Assembly (NCBI RefSeq): GCF_016433145.1
Contig: NC_058131.1
Location: forward strand, 612,630,708 to 612,694,707
Origin: Gracilinanus agilis
Lineage: Eukaryota
Direction of reading: 5' to 3'
DNA length: 64,000 bases
The translations under genes and the position numbers were made by a program. Positions 1 through 12,479 of this stretch are shown here, one piece after another; positions within the stretch are counted from its first letter, which is position 1, and each line of letters starts with the position of its first letter. Below the pieces are notes generated by a model that was given only the letters and a program-made list of their open reading frames with translations, made no database searches and was not told where the DNA came from.

Positions 1-2141
1 GGATGTGTATGTATATGGAAGAAATTTTCCCAAAGACCACCATAATGCTGGTTAGCATCTTCCTTAGGTAAAAGAGAGGGCTGAGAGAGGAGCGAGTATC
101 CCAGATAACTATACATTTTGACCACAGGGTAAGAGGTGAAACACGGATTCTCAGTCCAACAGTCTGGCCATTTCTAAGACATCACCTGCACCTGGGTTCA
201 CTTTCATAGCTGCAATGTTCATCTCCCCAAAAGGTCCAGCCTCCATAAGAGTAAAATGGTCTAGAGCTAAGGTTGCTTGGCTCAGGAGTTCTGAGTGTCT
301 CTCAACTCCCTACATTCTACTCTTCATCTGTGTGAGGAAGCTTTATCTGTCTCTAGAGAAGGGAAGGGGGGTACCCCAAGATAACTCCAAGTCCCTTTCC
401 ACTATTCCCCAAATCAAACCTTGTGTATACTGATGGGGAAAGGAGAGGATTCTATTAGCCCCTCTCCCAGCCCAGGGCCAAGATCTTATAAGGGATCTCT
501 ACATTCCATGGCACCCCCCTATCCTCCCCCCCGCCGTGCAGGTCAGATACTGTGTCTGCCTGTGTACATATGTTCACACACCTTGCCTCTGTACCCAGCT
601 CGCCCCAACATGCCTAACACCAGGTGGAACAGGGCAGCCTTGGGCAGGAGCAGAGTATGGGAAGCATAAGCACCATTCCCCTCCCCCTACAACATGCTCC
701 TAATACAACCCAGAGTGTGAACACGCTGCCATAAGCTAGTCTGGCCAAGGTAGGCTGCTCCAGAAGGGGATAGAGTACCAGTTACCCAGATTCCACCATT
801 TTATAACTCTTCCTGCCACCCTCCTTGAAGGCTGCTCTCTACTTCAGAAGAAACAGGTATGCAAAGGCCCTGATCCAGGTCCAAGAGTCACAGAACATGA
901 AGTGCCAGAGCCAGGACTAGGATACAAACCAAGTAGTGAAGACCTCCAGCCCCAGGCCCTCTTGGAATATACAGGCAAAATTCACCCCAACTACCTTCCT
1001 AGTTCCATGAGGACTTCAGGGGAGAAAGGATTCCCAGGGCTTGCTCTCTGGAAGAGTGCTCAAGAGGGATCAGTTTTTCCACTTGTGAACTGGGAAGAAT
1101 ATCCACTTACTTAGTATCTGGGGCCGGCAAGAGGAGAAAAGGGCAAGATGAGATGCCCCCAAACACAAAATGGTGGGAAATGAATTAAAGGGAACCTTCA
1201 GGATGGACTTTTGTCCCCATCTTTGGATAATGGGCACAGCCTCAGACTTGCTGACCTACCAGGCCCACAGCAATTCCCAGCATCCCAGTCCAAGGGGGGG
1301 AAGGGAGGGGAATCCCTGGTGGGGGTAAAGCACAGAGACCATCTGTCCCTGTTACTCCCTACCCTCTCACTAGCCAGAATAGGAAAGAAAAGGGTGAACC
1401 AAGCTTTGAAGGTCTGGAGGGGGAGGGGGGAATGGGAATGGAGGAGTGGGTTTGGTCAGACCAAAAGATTGGGGAGCCTCAGATACTGATCTCAGGCCTA
1501 AATCCCCTTTCACCCTTTCCTAGACGGGAGTAGGTACTAGGAAAGCAAAAGGCAGAACTGGAAAACTTTTCTGGGACAAAGATGGGGGTTGGGGTGGGGT
1601 GGGTGTGCAACTCTAGCTACAGCCAATTCTATGGGAACTAGCCTGACAGCCCTCTCCCCCCAGAGGCCAGAGGTCATGAGGCCTAGCCCTAGGAGGAAAG
1701 ATCTTATGTCCCAGCAGGACCAGACCCCTTTCCCTCCCATATCCCCCCACAATTGGGCCTGCCAGGACTTACCTGGGAGAAGTGAGGGGACAGTGTGGGG
1801 TGGTGGGTGCTGCTCTCAGCAGGGAGGGGGCCAGCAGGGTGGGGGTGGGGGTACTCAGCTTCTCATCTCTCTGGCCAGCTCTGCTCTACTCTCGGCGGAG
1901 CAAAGGGACGGCTGGGCCCGGCTAGCCCAGCCACACAAAAGCTCCCACACCTCCAAGCACCAGGCACAATGGGCCCCAGGCCAGGGAAGAAAGTTCCTCG
2001 GGTCAAGGGGCCCTGGGCTAAGGGTCTGGGGAGCTGGCCCTGGGGGCAGGGGGCTACCAGGAGGCCGCGGGGAGCAGGGAGCTCTCTTTGTTTGCAAGAT
2101 TTCCCTCAACAATGGCCACCGCTTCGCTCTGCTCTGCACTC

Positions 2142-2183
2142 CTCTCTCTCTCTCTCTCCTCCTCCTCCTCCTCCTCCTCCTCC
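2142..2183 (+). repeat. (CT)n followed by (CCT)n microsatellite
   Basis: Read directly from the sequence. Confidence 0.9.
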
Positions 2184-2367
2184 CTGCTGCCGCCGATCTC
2201 TGCCTCTGCCTCCAAGCAGCCCGCCGCAAGCGGCCCGACCGACTTCCCCTCCCTGCTGACCAGGCCTGCAGGGCCCCTCTGTTAGGGGCTCCGGGGAGTC
2301 ACAGCTCAGCTCCAACACTCACACAGACACAGCCACACATAGACACACACACACCTCCAGCCTGCCT

Positions 2368-2403
<36 letters not shown>
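2368..2403 (+). repeat. (CCAG)9 tetranucleotide repeat
   Basis: 36 nt of CCAG units ending 15 nt before the gap. Confidence 0.95.
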
Positions 2404-2405
<2 letters not shown>

Positions 2406-2418
2406 CGCTTGCTCGCCC

Positions 2419-2546
2419 NNNNNNNNNNNNNNNNNNNNNNNNNNNNNNNNNNNNNNNNNNNNNNNNNNNNNNNNNNNNNNNNNNNNNNNNNNNNNNNNNN
2501 NNNNNNNNNNNNNNNNNNNNNNNNNNNNNNNNNNNNNNNNNNNNNN
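2419..2546. other. Assembly gap (128 N)
   Basis: Run of N in the sequence. Confidence 1.
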
Positions 2547-3719
2547 CTCAGAAAGAGGCCCCAGGGCCGGAGGAGGGTGGAGCTGGACCCTGCTGGCTCC
2601 ACCCTCCCCCAGCTCCCTCTGCCTCCTCTCCTCTCCCATGAAAGAGGAAGAAGGAGGGAGGGAGGGACTGCTTGGGCTGAGAAAAACAAAAGAGAGACAG
2701 AGACTATGAGAGAAACAGAAAAGGAAAAAAAAAAGACAAGGCTAGAGGGAAGAAGAGATGAAAATGACTATGAAGAGGGCAGAGGAGGGGCTCAGAAGGG
2801 CAACAAACCTCACTGTCCAACAAGGCTGAAGCTGGCAACAGGCCCCCCAGGGGGGATCAGCTCCCCTTGTCCCGGCCTGGGGGGGAAGACGGAAGTCAAG
2901 TCCTAGGGTTGAGGAGGGGGTTTCCCCCCCTCCCCCCATACTCAGAATGAGAGGAAGCCCCAAAGGGCTTTTTTTGTTGGTTTTGGGTCCCATACAAGTT
3001 CTGACTGGGGCCTAAAAACACTTTCCTCCTCAGGACTCCCAGCTTCCAGGACCTAACCCAAGGAGGTCTCTAGTTCCAGCTTTCTAGACTCCATGTCATC
3101 TCTTCCCTGCCCCATGGACTCACTCCTCCCAGCTCCCACAGGTTCCTCCTTTGGTTACTACTGCCGCCGAGGGACCTGCCCAAGCATGACCCCTCACACC
3201 AGGAGCTTGTAATGGTACCAGGATGCCAGAAGGGCAGGTCACCATTTGGAGGGCGAGGCAGAACAGCAAAGAGGAGAGTGCCTGTTCTGAGGCAGCCTGG
3301 GATGTGCTACCCCTACCTCAGCAAACAATCTAATCGGATGCCTCAACACACATGGGGCCTTTAAGGTGGCACAAACTAAGGGCTTAAACTAAATCTCCAA
3401 GATGCCAAGAATCTGTGATTCTGTAATCCCTTGGGATTTGGGGGACAATATCCAGAACAGTGTCCTCTTCAATTCTCTCCCTACCCAGACCAAGTGAAGT
3501 ACTCAATCCCACTTCTCCCTCCCCTGAGTTCTCCTATCACAACAACATCCCTCAGAGCTATACCAGGCAACCTGCCAGAGAGGGCTCTCCCTACCTACTG
3601 ACCCAGTGATGCCCACAACCTGTCCTGCAATCTACATGCCCTAATGTGGCACTGGCCTGATAAACACAGGTTTCAGCACCAGGGCCCCAGGCTGAAGGAA
3701 TCATCCGTGATTCTTAACT

Positions 3720-3905
3720 TTTAGAGCCAAAGCAGGTCTGCCTATTTATTATCTGTATGGTCCTTTCACAGAACCATCAAGCAGGTACTATCACTCCCCT
3801 CTTACAGGTGGGTGAAACAAAGACCACAGAAGTGACTTGACTTATGTCACACACAGAGTGGTAGAGCTGGGAATAGAAATTAGTTCCTTTGACTCTTACT
3901 TCAGA
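3720..3905 (-). mobile_element. Old MIR-type SINE fragment
   Basis: Degenerate CORE-SINE motif (gaagtgacttgacttatgtcacaca...agctggga). Confidence 0.55.
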
Positions 3906-6900
3906 GTACAGAGACCTCTCATCCCCTTAATCATTACATTCTATGTACCCATGCCACCCAGCCAGCTACCTTGTATGTCTGTGATACCACCACACAAGGT
4001 ACAGCTTGTCCCACAGCCCACTCTTTCCCACCTAACCTCATCCCTCCAGAGCCTCTGTGCTACAAGCCCAGCCCCCTCAGCTGCTACCACCCCCACCACC
4101 CCCACTCCCATGGGGCCCATTCAGGAGCTCAGAAATAACCAGGAAGGGGAAAAGAGAGGCACTTTGGCACATTATCAAAAAACTTAGCCCCCCACTCAGC
4201 CTCCAGTTTCCCCACCCCAATCTAACGAACTGAATCAGGAGAGGCAAAGAGACGGGGGCAGAAATGAAAACAAAATTAGAGACAGAGGAAAGGAAAGGGG
4301 GATTAAAGGACATCAAGTGCCAAAGTAGAGGGCAGGAGGATGATAAGACCTCCCCTCACCCCCCCCTCACCCCCCAAGTACTAGGCAGGAGTCTGGTACC
4401 CACAGCTCCCGCCCCCTACCTGGGCCCCTAGGCTGCCCTGACCCCAGCCCCCTCTCTCCTTTGTCTTCACCCAGCCTCCCGCTGGCCTGGCACTCTGCCA
4501 TCCCCTCTCCCTGGCTCCCAGCCTTGGCCTCAGCCTCCTCCTCCCTTATTCCCCATCTTAACCCTTATAGGGCAGATATCACCACCCCCTAGCACTGACT
4601 AGGGGACAAGCTTCCCGGGGTTCCCCACCCCCCACCTCCAGGATACTGCAGGGGGCAAAGCTGCAGGGAGGAAGGGGTCTCTAGCCAATGTTTAGTTCCT
4701 TTTTCATGTGCATGCTTCTGTTTTTGCCTGTGCCTGTGTGCTCATGTCTGTGTGACTATGCCTTGGTGTGTGCTGTGTGTGTGTGCTCGCTATGTAAGTC
4801 TCCCAGGCTCTCTCAGTCACATGTGTGGGGCATGTGCTGTCTCTGCTGTACTGGGGGAGGGAGGAGGAGTCGGAGACACAGACCTACGTATGCACACAAA
4901 GGAGGAGGAAGCTTCAGAAGGCGACCAAACCTGGTCTGCCCAGCCTGAGAACTTGGGTGCTGAAGGCCTCTTCAGGGCCCAGGTACTTCCAAGGTTGCAA
5001 AGAGCAAATATTTCTTTGTGTGTTTCCATGCATGAGTTTCCCTGCATCCTTCTACATGATATATGTTTATACATGTGTCTGTATATTGTGTTTTTCAGCC
5101 AATATTTCTTTGGGTATATTTCCAGCAGCCTGTCTGCTCATACCCCAAATAGGTAAATCCCTTGTCTGCTGGATTCTCTAGGTTTGAAGAATCATAAAAA
5201 TGCAATACTCAGGTCCCCCTTATTCCCCTGCCTTCGGACCTTTCTATCTTTCTGCCCACCTGTCAATTGAGGCCCTCTCTAAAGTCTAACCTATAACTAT
5301 CCTCTTTGATAGTCTTCAAGACACAAATGGAAAGGGCCTGACTCTTCTCTCTGGTCTTCTCTACCACGTACTCACACTTGGGGAAAACACAAATGTGTCC
5401 TCTAATAACCTCTCTCAGCTATATGTGTCAAGTACAGTAGGGTGCAGGCCCTATGGCCTCAGGATTGGCATACCCTACATTATAGGGCCTACAAAATTCT
5501 ATCCCCTCCTGGTGGCAAAACTGCAATGATGGCTCTCAGGCATCTATCTATCCAGCCATCTCACCCTTTCCCTAGGCTAGGTAGAAAGGGAGAGGAAGAG
5601 GGGGAAAGGGAAAGAGAAGAAAGATTCCAGCAACAAGACCCATGAGTTTATCCTTAGCCCCCCTCCTTTACTTTGAGCCCTGGTTTTTCCGGATGAAAAG
5701 GGAGTAAAGATACCAGTGGGGTCACCAGAAGTAGGTAGAGAGAAAGGTCAGAGGTAGGGGAAAGTTGGGATTGGGGAAAGAGTCAGGAGTAGAGTCTCCA
5801 GTATAGGAAAGAAACTAATCTCCCCAATATGAAAGGGGCTAAATCTCTTTCCTTCTATTACACAATCACCCAAATTCTGCTGGGGCAAGGACTCCCTTTT
5901 TCCCCTAGAGAAATAAGTTTCTCAGCATTCACTGTCCTTAAATATATGAAGCTCAAAGACTGACCCTAACCAACTCAATTAAGGCTAGTGGTGCCTTTTG
6001 CCTAGTCTCACCTCTAGAGATAGCAGGCACTTTAAATGTTTGAGTAGCCTAGAGGTCATATGACTCACAGATTGCCTAAGGAGATGGAATAGGCTGATGT
6101 GGAATATAGAATCCTCGGCTCCTTATAATAGGTGTCTTCCTAAGACAAGGCCACTATCACTCTTCTAGGCAACACCTATACCAGCTGGGAGGTCTACATT
6201 CAATCCTGATAAATAAGAAAAAAAAAAGCCACAGGTTCTATGAAGCTATCTATACACGATATAGGGTGGCTCCATATCTCAGGTATGGGACCCTAAGGGT
6301 ATGAACCAGCCCCAGAGGCCAGACATCTTGGGGTGGCAGCAGGGGGAACTTTCCTGGAGATCCTTCTTTACCAGCCCTCCCCCATCCCCCTTATGTCTTC
6401 CCTTCATCCTTTCTCCATTTCCTAAGACTGTAAAAAACAACCCCTTGGTGCCTAGATCCAAAACTTTTAACAGGCCACGGCAGGTGGAGAATATATTCGG
6501 AAGGAATATGGTAAATGGCATGGGTTCTGAGACAACTCTATAGCCTCTAAGCCACCTTTATCCCTAGCGTTTACTTGGTGGGGGAAAAGGTCAGATACTA
6601 CTTCTTGGGTTCTTCTCCCCAGTTATTCCAAGCCCCCTACTCTGAATCACAAGCAGAGGAACAAGGCCCAGAGGCCCAATTACTGGTGCCCCCAGTGGGG
6701 GCACTGGTGCCCCCTCTTGGGGGCAGTTGTGCCAGGCAACAGGCAATGAGGCCCAGAGGGGAGGGGCTCCAGACGGCACCCCCTTCCTTCAATGCAGCGG
6801 CGGCCCCCCCCCCCCCCAGGTACCCAAGAGAGGAAAGAGAGCAGGGTCAGGCAGAAGGGATAGTACATCAGGGAGGGCTGGAGTGGAGGGGGGGGGCAAC

Positions 6901-7249
6901 CTGCGCTGGCCAATCACAACTCTCTGATGACCTGGGTGGGGGGGGTCAAAAGTCCCAAGCCACTTCTGATTGGCCAACGTAACTGGAATTCTGGGAATTC
7001 CACCCCCTCCCCTCGTCGCACCCCCCACCCCCAGGCGCCTCTGGGCTGCTGCGCATTTTCAGGGGGGGAGGAGAAGTCCCTCCCCAGGACAGCTAGGCTA
7101 AGCCCCCTCCCCCCTAACATCCATACACATACATACACACACACACTCATATCCACAACCCAACAGTCCCCTCCTTCCCAGCCCTGCAAGTTTACACCAA
7201 ATGGGGTGGGGGGGTTGCTGCGGTGGGTGGGGGCGAGGTGTCCACTCAC

Positions 7250-7274
7250 CAGGGCAGGCGCAGCCCACTGACAT
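7250..7274 (-). CDS. LDB1: LIM domain-binding protein 1, coding exon 1 (MSVGCACP-G); the remaining exons lie left of the window
   Basis: ATG TCA GTG GGC TGC GCC TGC CCT G|gtgagt matches the N-terminus of the long human LDB1 isoform. Canonical donor. Confidence 0.93.
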
Positions 7275-7276
7275 CT

Positions 7277-7345
7277 TCACATCGCCCGCTGCGGGGGGCC
7301 CAGCCGAGTCACGGTGCCCGCCGCGCGCGGGGACAGGCTGGGCAT
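7277..7345 (-). other. Upstream ORF (22 aa, MPSLSPRAAGTVTRLGPPQRAM*) ending in an ATG-TGA start-stop 2 nt before the LDB1 ATG
   Basis: Minus strand reads ...gcgATGTGAagATGtca; an in-frame ATG is present at 7345. Confidence 0.7.
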
Positions 7346-7821
7346 GGGCCGCCGCCGCCTCTTCCTCCTCCTCCTCCTCCTCCGCCTCCTCTTTGGCTGC
7401 CGCCCGTAGCCCAAGCCCGAGCCCCGGCCTCCGCGCCGGCCTTCGCGCCGGCCCCGGGGTCCGCCAGCCCCTGGCGCGAGGGGCCTGCAGGCTGGGCAGG
7501 AGACAGGAAGGAGACCTGTCTGTGCGCGCGTGTGTGCGAGTGTGCGCGCAAGGCTGTGCGTGTGTGCGCGTGTGCGGGTGCGTGTCTGGGGCGCTCCCTC
7601 CCAGCCGCCGCCGCCGCCGCCGCTCGCAGGCGGCCCCGCGCCGGCGCCCAGCTCTCCGCCTCGCTCGCTCGCTCGCGGGTCCCTGGCTCCCTCCCTCCTT
7701 CCTCTTCCCTCCCTTGCTCGCTCGCTCGCTCGCTCCCTCGCTCCCCCGCCTTCCCGGCGCCGCTGGGTTGGGCTTTATTAATATGCTAATTGAGGCGCGG
7801 GTGGGAGGGGAGAACTGAGCC

Positions 7822-7857
7822 GTGTGTATTCGTGTGTGCGTGTGTGTGCGTGTGTGT
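7822..7857 (+). repeat. Interrupted (GT)n repeat upstream of LDB1
   Basis: Read directly from the sequence. Confidence 0.85.
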
Positions 7858-9709
7858 CAAAGTGACCCGAGCTGGGGAGGGGAGGCTTCAGGGAGCGGGC
7901 ATGTGACGCAGCTTTTAAAGGAGAGACGGGGACCTAGACTGGGGGTGGGGGAGGGGGGAAACATAGGCTCCGAGAGCTCCACTAGATGAAGGTTCCCCCT
8001 GCGACCCGGAGCTTTTGGGGCTTAGGAGCCGAGGGAAGGTGGGGAGGAGGAGCGAACGGTGCCCAGCAATGATCCCTCCCCACCCCACGATCACCAGTGT
8101 CCGCCTGGGTGCCTAGCAGGAAGGGAAAACCTTTCCCCCCTGCATCTCCCTGGTGTCCGCTATATCCTTGCTGGCCGGTACTGAATGAGTTAATGAACCC
8201 CTACCCTTTCTTCCCCAAAGCACCACGTCGTTTTAGGTTGTTTTTTTTTTTTTTTTTTGGGGGGGGGTGCTGGTTGGAATGGGAGATTCCATAGGCTAGA
8301 GCTGATGGGAAATCCTGGCCTGGATGCTACCTCTCACCTGCCAGAAGTGTGTGTGCCTGTGTGAGATTTCACCAGGATCTGGTCTCAGAGACTAGCAAGA
8401 GAGGCCCTTCTCAGTCTTAGGACACTACTTCTTCTGTGATGAGATTGCAGGTTCCGGGGTTGGGGGAGGGGGGCGCAAAAAGTCATGATGGATCCTTCAG
8501 TGTGGGGTGCCTTGGCTTCCCTATCAACTCCTCAAGGCCACTCTTTCCCAAATAAATCAGGTCATTAGGTCTGCATTCTGTGGCCTAGCTCCTGGGAATA
8601 GTTTGGGGATTCTGAGCATTTGGGAGGGGATTGCTTTCAAGGCAGGCCTCCCCCACCCACCCCCAAGTCCCGGGGCCCAGCTGCTGCCCCACTTTCATAA
8701 ACAGGAAATGCCTATTAGAGTGAGGGGAGGGGGCAGAGGTGTATATAAGGGGGAGTTGGCTTACCCTTCCCCCTCCTTCCTGGGGTGTCTTTAGCTGCTT
8801 GCCCTTTCCCTTGACTTCCTGGTGAGGTGGAGGAAGGCTTTTGCTTGCCCTCTGGGGAATAATTGTTGCTTTCCCTTTTATGATATCCACCCCCCCTTTA
8901 AGGAGGGCATAGACCCTGAGACTTCCTCCCCTGGCACTCTACCTCCTTGGTGGGGGAAAGGGGTTCTTACTGATGTGTAACAGTTTACAGATGCATAGAT
9001 TCACTTACCACCATTTTAGTTTTCTGTGGGACAAACAGAGACCAGATGAGCAGCACCAAGGTGAATTCTAGAGTTAGGCATTGTCACAATAAGATCTACC
9101 TTGATTGCCCTTCCCTCTAGCCAAAGAGAGGGGTCAGAGCCGGTAATGAAGCTAGGAAGACACATTTCTTCCAACTCAGTCCCTCCCACACATCCTCTTT
9201 GGTCAAATCAGTCCTTCACCACCTTTCCTCAAACCACTCTTCTCTCATAGGTCAAGAAGGCTGGATTAAAGTTAGCTCCATCCTCCACAGTCTCATCCCT
9301 CACCATGGACTTTCCCTTAGAATCTCTCATTTCTCCCTTCCCCAACTCATCTCAAAGATCTTAGAGAGTAACATTTTCCCCTCTGTTAAATGAAAGGACT
9401 AGACCCTAGGCCTCTTTGGAGAATCTTTTCTGAGATCAAGTGCCTAGAGGGCAAATTCAATCTGTCCGTGAGTCCCGTTTTATCCGAGCGAGCTAAGGGA
9501 GAAAGTGCTTGCTTGGGGCTGCTGGACTGAGAGGTGGAGCATGCAAAAAATGTCCTCAGGCACTGGGAAGGAGGGAACCTAGCAGCTCCCCCAGTGCAGG
9601 CTCTGCACTTGTGCCAATACTGCTGATCTCCAAGATCATTTCCAACTCTAAATTCTGCAATTTTTTTGAACATGGAATCATGAATATATTAGGGGAGAAT
9701 TATGCCATT

Positions 9710-9912
9710 AAAAAAAAAAAAACTTTTACCTTCTGTCTTAGAATTAATATTGTGTATTGGTTTCAAGGCAGAAGTGCAGTAAGGGCTAGGCAATGGAGGT
9801 TAAGTGACTTGCCCAGGGTCACACAGGTAGGAAGTATTTGAGGTCAGATGTGAATCCAGGACCTCCCATCTGTAGGCATGGCTCTCAATCCACTGAGCCA
9901 CCTGGCTGCCCC
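9710..9912 (-). mobile_element. SINE1_Mdo-type tRNA/CORE SINE
   Basis: Full consensus in reverse; near-perfect TSD agaa(t/c)tatgccatt. Confidence 0.9.
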
Positions 9913-10819
9913 TAGAACTATGCCATTTCGAAAAGCTCAGGCCTTAACTAGAAGTCTCTATTTGATTTTTGTGATCTCAAAGTGATTTCTTGATTTCAGA
10001 GGCTCTTATAATGAAATTGTTACCTCCTAAGGTTCTGCTTCTAGCTCTGACAGACAACAATTCTGAATATGATTCCAAGAGATTCCTGACCCCCTCACCT
10101 AGTATAAAGAATTGAGGAGTGGTCAGGTTGAAGAAAGGCCCAGTGACTGTGGTAGAGAAATTGTCCCTAACACCTCCACTCCCATAGTCACCTGATCATC
10201 TTCCCCTTTAGGCTATTCATTTCATCCAACTAGCCAGGTCAGATTCCAGGAGGGACAGAGAGCATCTCAAGGTGATTTCCTCCCCACCTCACAACTACTA
10301 TTGCCCCCCATCTCCTAAACCAGGTAAGAGCTTCCAGTTGGCTATGAAGCGCAGATATTTCTGTGTCTGGGTCTTGAACCTGACAAAAAGGGGATGAGAT
10401 AGTCTCATATAGAGGAAAAAGCATTCACTAGCCTTCCAGTCAGAAGATTTAGGTGCTAACCATTGCTTTTCTGAGAAGGATGGATGGGGCAGAACTACAG
10501 TCCACCTTTTGGAGGCACATGGGCATTGGGAATTTCTGAGTGAGTGAACAATAAATTTTACCAGTGCAGGAAGTTCTCAAGTGGGGAAAACTCCTTTACC
10601 CATGTAGTTGGGTAACTATTTAGAAATTCATAGTTCAATTGCCTAAAACATTAAGATTTGCCCAAGGTCACAGTATGTATCAGAAACTGGATTGGAACCG
10701 ACTGAGCTCCTCCTGGTTGGGTGGGAATATTATGAAAATTAAAGCAATCTCTCCCCTCCAAGTACATCTTACCTAGGCTATTGCAGTAGCCTAATTGTTC
10801 TCTCTGTCTCCAATCTTTT

Positions 10820-11380
10820 TCCTCTTAAATTTATCATCCACGACAAAGAATTGGAGACTGAGGGGGTACTAATTGTTTGGGAAATGGCTGAAAAATTTAT
10901 GGCATATGAAGGTATATGAAATATACTATAAGAAATCATGAAGTGGTTAGTTTTAGAAAAACCCAACAAAATATAGGAAGTGATATCAAGTAAAGGAAGC
11001 AAAAGAACTAGGAGAACAATTTATACAATAATGACAAAATTGTCAAGATGAACAACTTTGAAAGACCTGAAAACTTTGATCAACAAAATGAGGAACCACT
11101 ATTTCAAAGGACTCTAGTTGAAAAGTGCTATCTACCTCCAGAGAGCTGATGAAATTAAAAGTTCAGATTAAGGTATATTTTCTTTTTCTTTTCTTTCTTT
11201 CTTTTTTGGATACAGCTAAGATGGGAATTTGCTTTGTTTGGCTATACATATTTGTAATGGTTTTGTTTTTCCTTGCCTTTTTTGTGGGAAGGGATAGGTG
11301 GAAGGGAGAGAATTCAGAATTGAAAACAAAATTTTATTTAAAAAAAAACAATCAGGGACAAAAAAAATTATCATGGACAA
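10820..11380 (+). mobile_element. L1 3' end remnant
   Basis: Resembles the marsupial L1 ORF2 end and 3'UTR, with an A-rich tail. Confidence 0.6.
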
Positions 11381-11935
11381 ATTATGCAAAATCCGTGTCA
11401 CAATCTAACCAAGTCACTCTCCTATTTAAAAAAACAAAACAAAAACAAAACTTCAGTGGCTCCCTATTGCCTTTAAGATAAAAGAAAAATTTCTTAGCCA
11501 GGCATTTAAAGACCTTAGAAATCAGGTTCCAATCTACCTTTCCAGCCTTATTACTCCTATTAATGTGCTTTTTATTCCACTCAAATTGGATTACAAACTA
11601 TTAACTGCATTGGAAAACCCAGCTGAATTTATATAATCTGTTCCCCATGCTTGGAAAGCACTTACTCCTTTAAAAAAAAAAAAAGTTTTATTGACTTCAC
11701 TGTCATTTTCTAATGACTCCTCCCCAACCCCCAAGAGAATGCTTCCTCATAATAAGTGAGTGCAGTTGAGCAAAATAAATCAACACATTGACTTAGTCTG
11801 AAAATGCACGTCTTCTTCCATAGTTCTAATTCAACCCTTCTCTTTGGAGAAGTGGGGAGTATGCTTTATCCTGGAACTTATAGAGAGGTCTCCCTCATTG
11901 GAACTTGAGCTACTTGAGAGCAGAAACTAGCTTTT

Positions 11936-12120
11936 TCTTTTCTTTTTAAAAAACTCTTACCTTCTGTCAATATTAAGTATCAGATCCAAGGCAGAAGAGT
12001 GGTAAGGGCTAGGCAATTGGGATTAAGTGACTTGCCCAGGGTCTCACAGCTAGGAAGTGTCTGAGGCCATATTTAATCTCCAGGTCTGGCACTCTATTCA
12101 CTGAGGCACCTAGCTACCCT
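11936..12120 (-). mobile_element. SINE1_Mdo-type SINE
   Basis: Reverse consensus; flanking actagctttt repeat. Confidence 0.85.
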
Positions 12121-12479
12121 CAGACTAGCTTTTCTATTTGTATCCCCAGAGCTTAGATCTGTGCTCTATACATAGTAATTGGTTAATAAATGCTTTTGCA
12201 TTTATTTATTCTTAGAAGTCATGATTGATCATCTCACTGATCAGAGTTCTGAAGACTCAATGGTACTTAATATTTATTGATTACTTATTGTGGCCATGAC
12301 ATAAACTGTTTTCTGTACTTTTCAATGTATTGGTGTATAAGTACAATGTATAGGTATAATGTATGTCTTTCCAAGTTCTCTGAATTCTCCTTATTCATCA
12401 TTTCTTATGACTTAATATACCTTTTAATTCAAATACATTGCAATTTATTCCCCTATTCCCTAATCAATGAGCAATCTTC

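Larger units (their letters stand above)
1850..2418 (-). promoter_or_regulatory. LDB1: Probable LDB1 internal promoter / alternative non-coding first exon (boundaries unresolved)
   Basis: CpG-rich, TE-free segment about 5 kb downstream of coding exon 1, with (GA)n/(GGA)n and (CCAG)n runs. Spacing matches my recollection of the second human LDB1 TSS. Splice donor not identified with confidence. Confidence 0.5.
6900..8100 (-). promoter_or_regulatory. LDB1: LDB1 main CpG-island promoter and 5'UTR
   Basis: Dense CpG, (GCC)n, (CGCT)n and GC boxes around coding exon 1. A single AT-rich motif lies at 7774-7792. Confidence 0.85.

Noticed and set aside
1589-2906. Long ORFs (350 aa and others) around the gap
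   Set aside because: They read through N bases and low-complexity GC-rich microsatellites, with no recognisable protein.
1-7249. Further LDB1 coding exons (exon 2, ..CSSKSFKLYSPKEPP..)
   Set aside because: Not found on the minus strand; expected just left of the window.
6575-7818. Cluster of overlapping 60-205 aa ORFs
   Set aside because: Typical stop-poor CpG-island frames; only the 25-nt LDB1 exon and the short uORF are supported.
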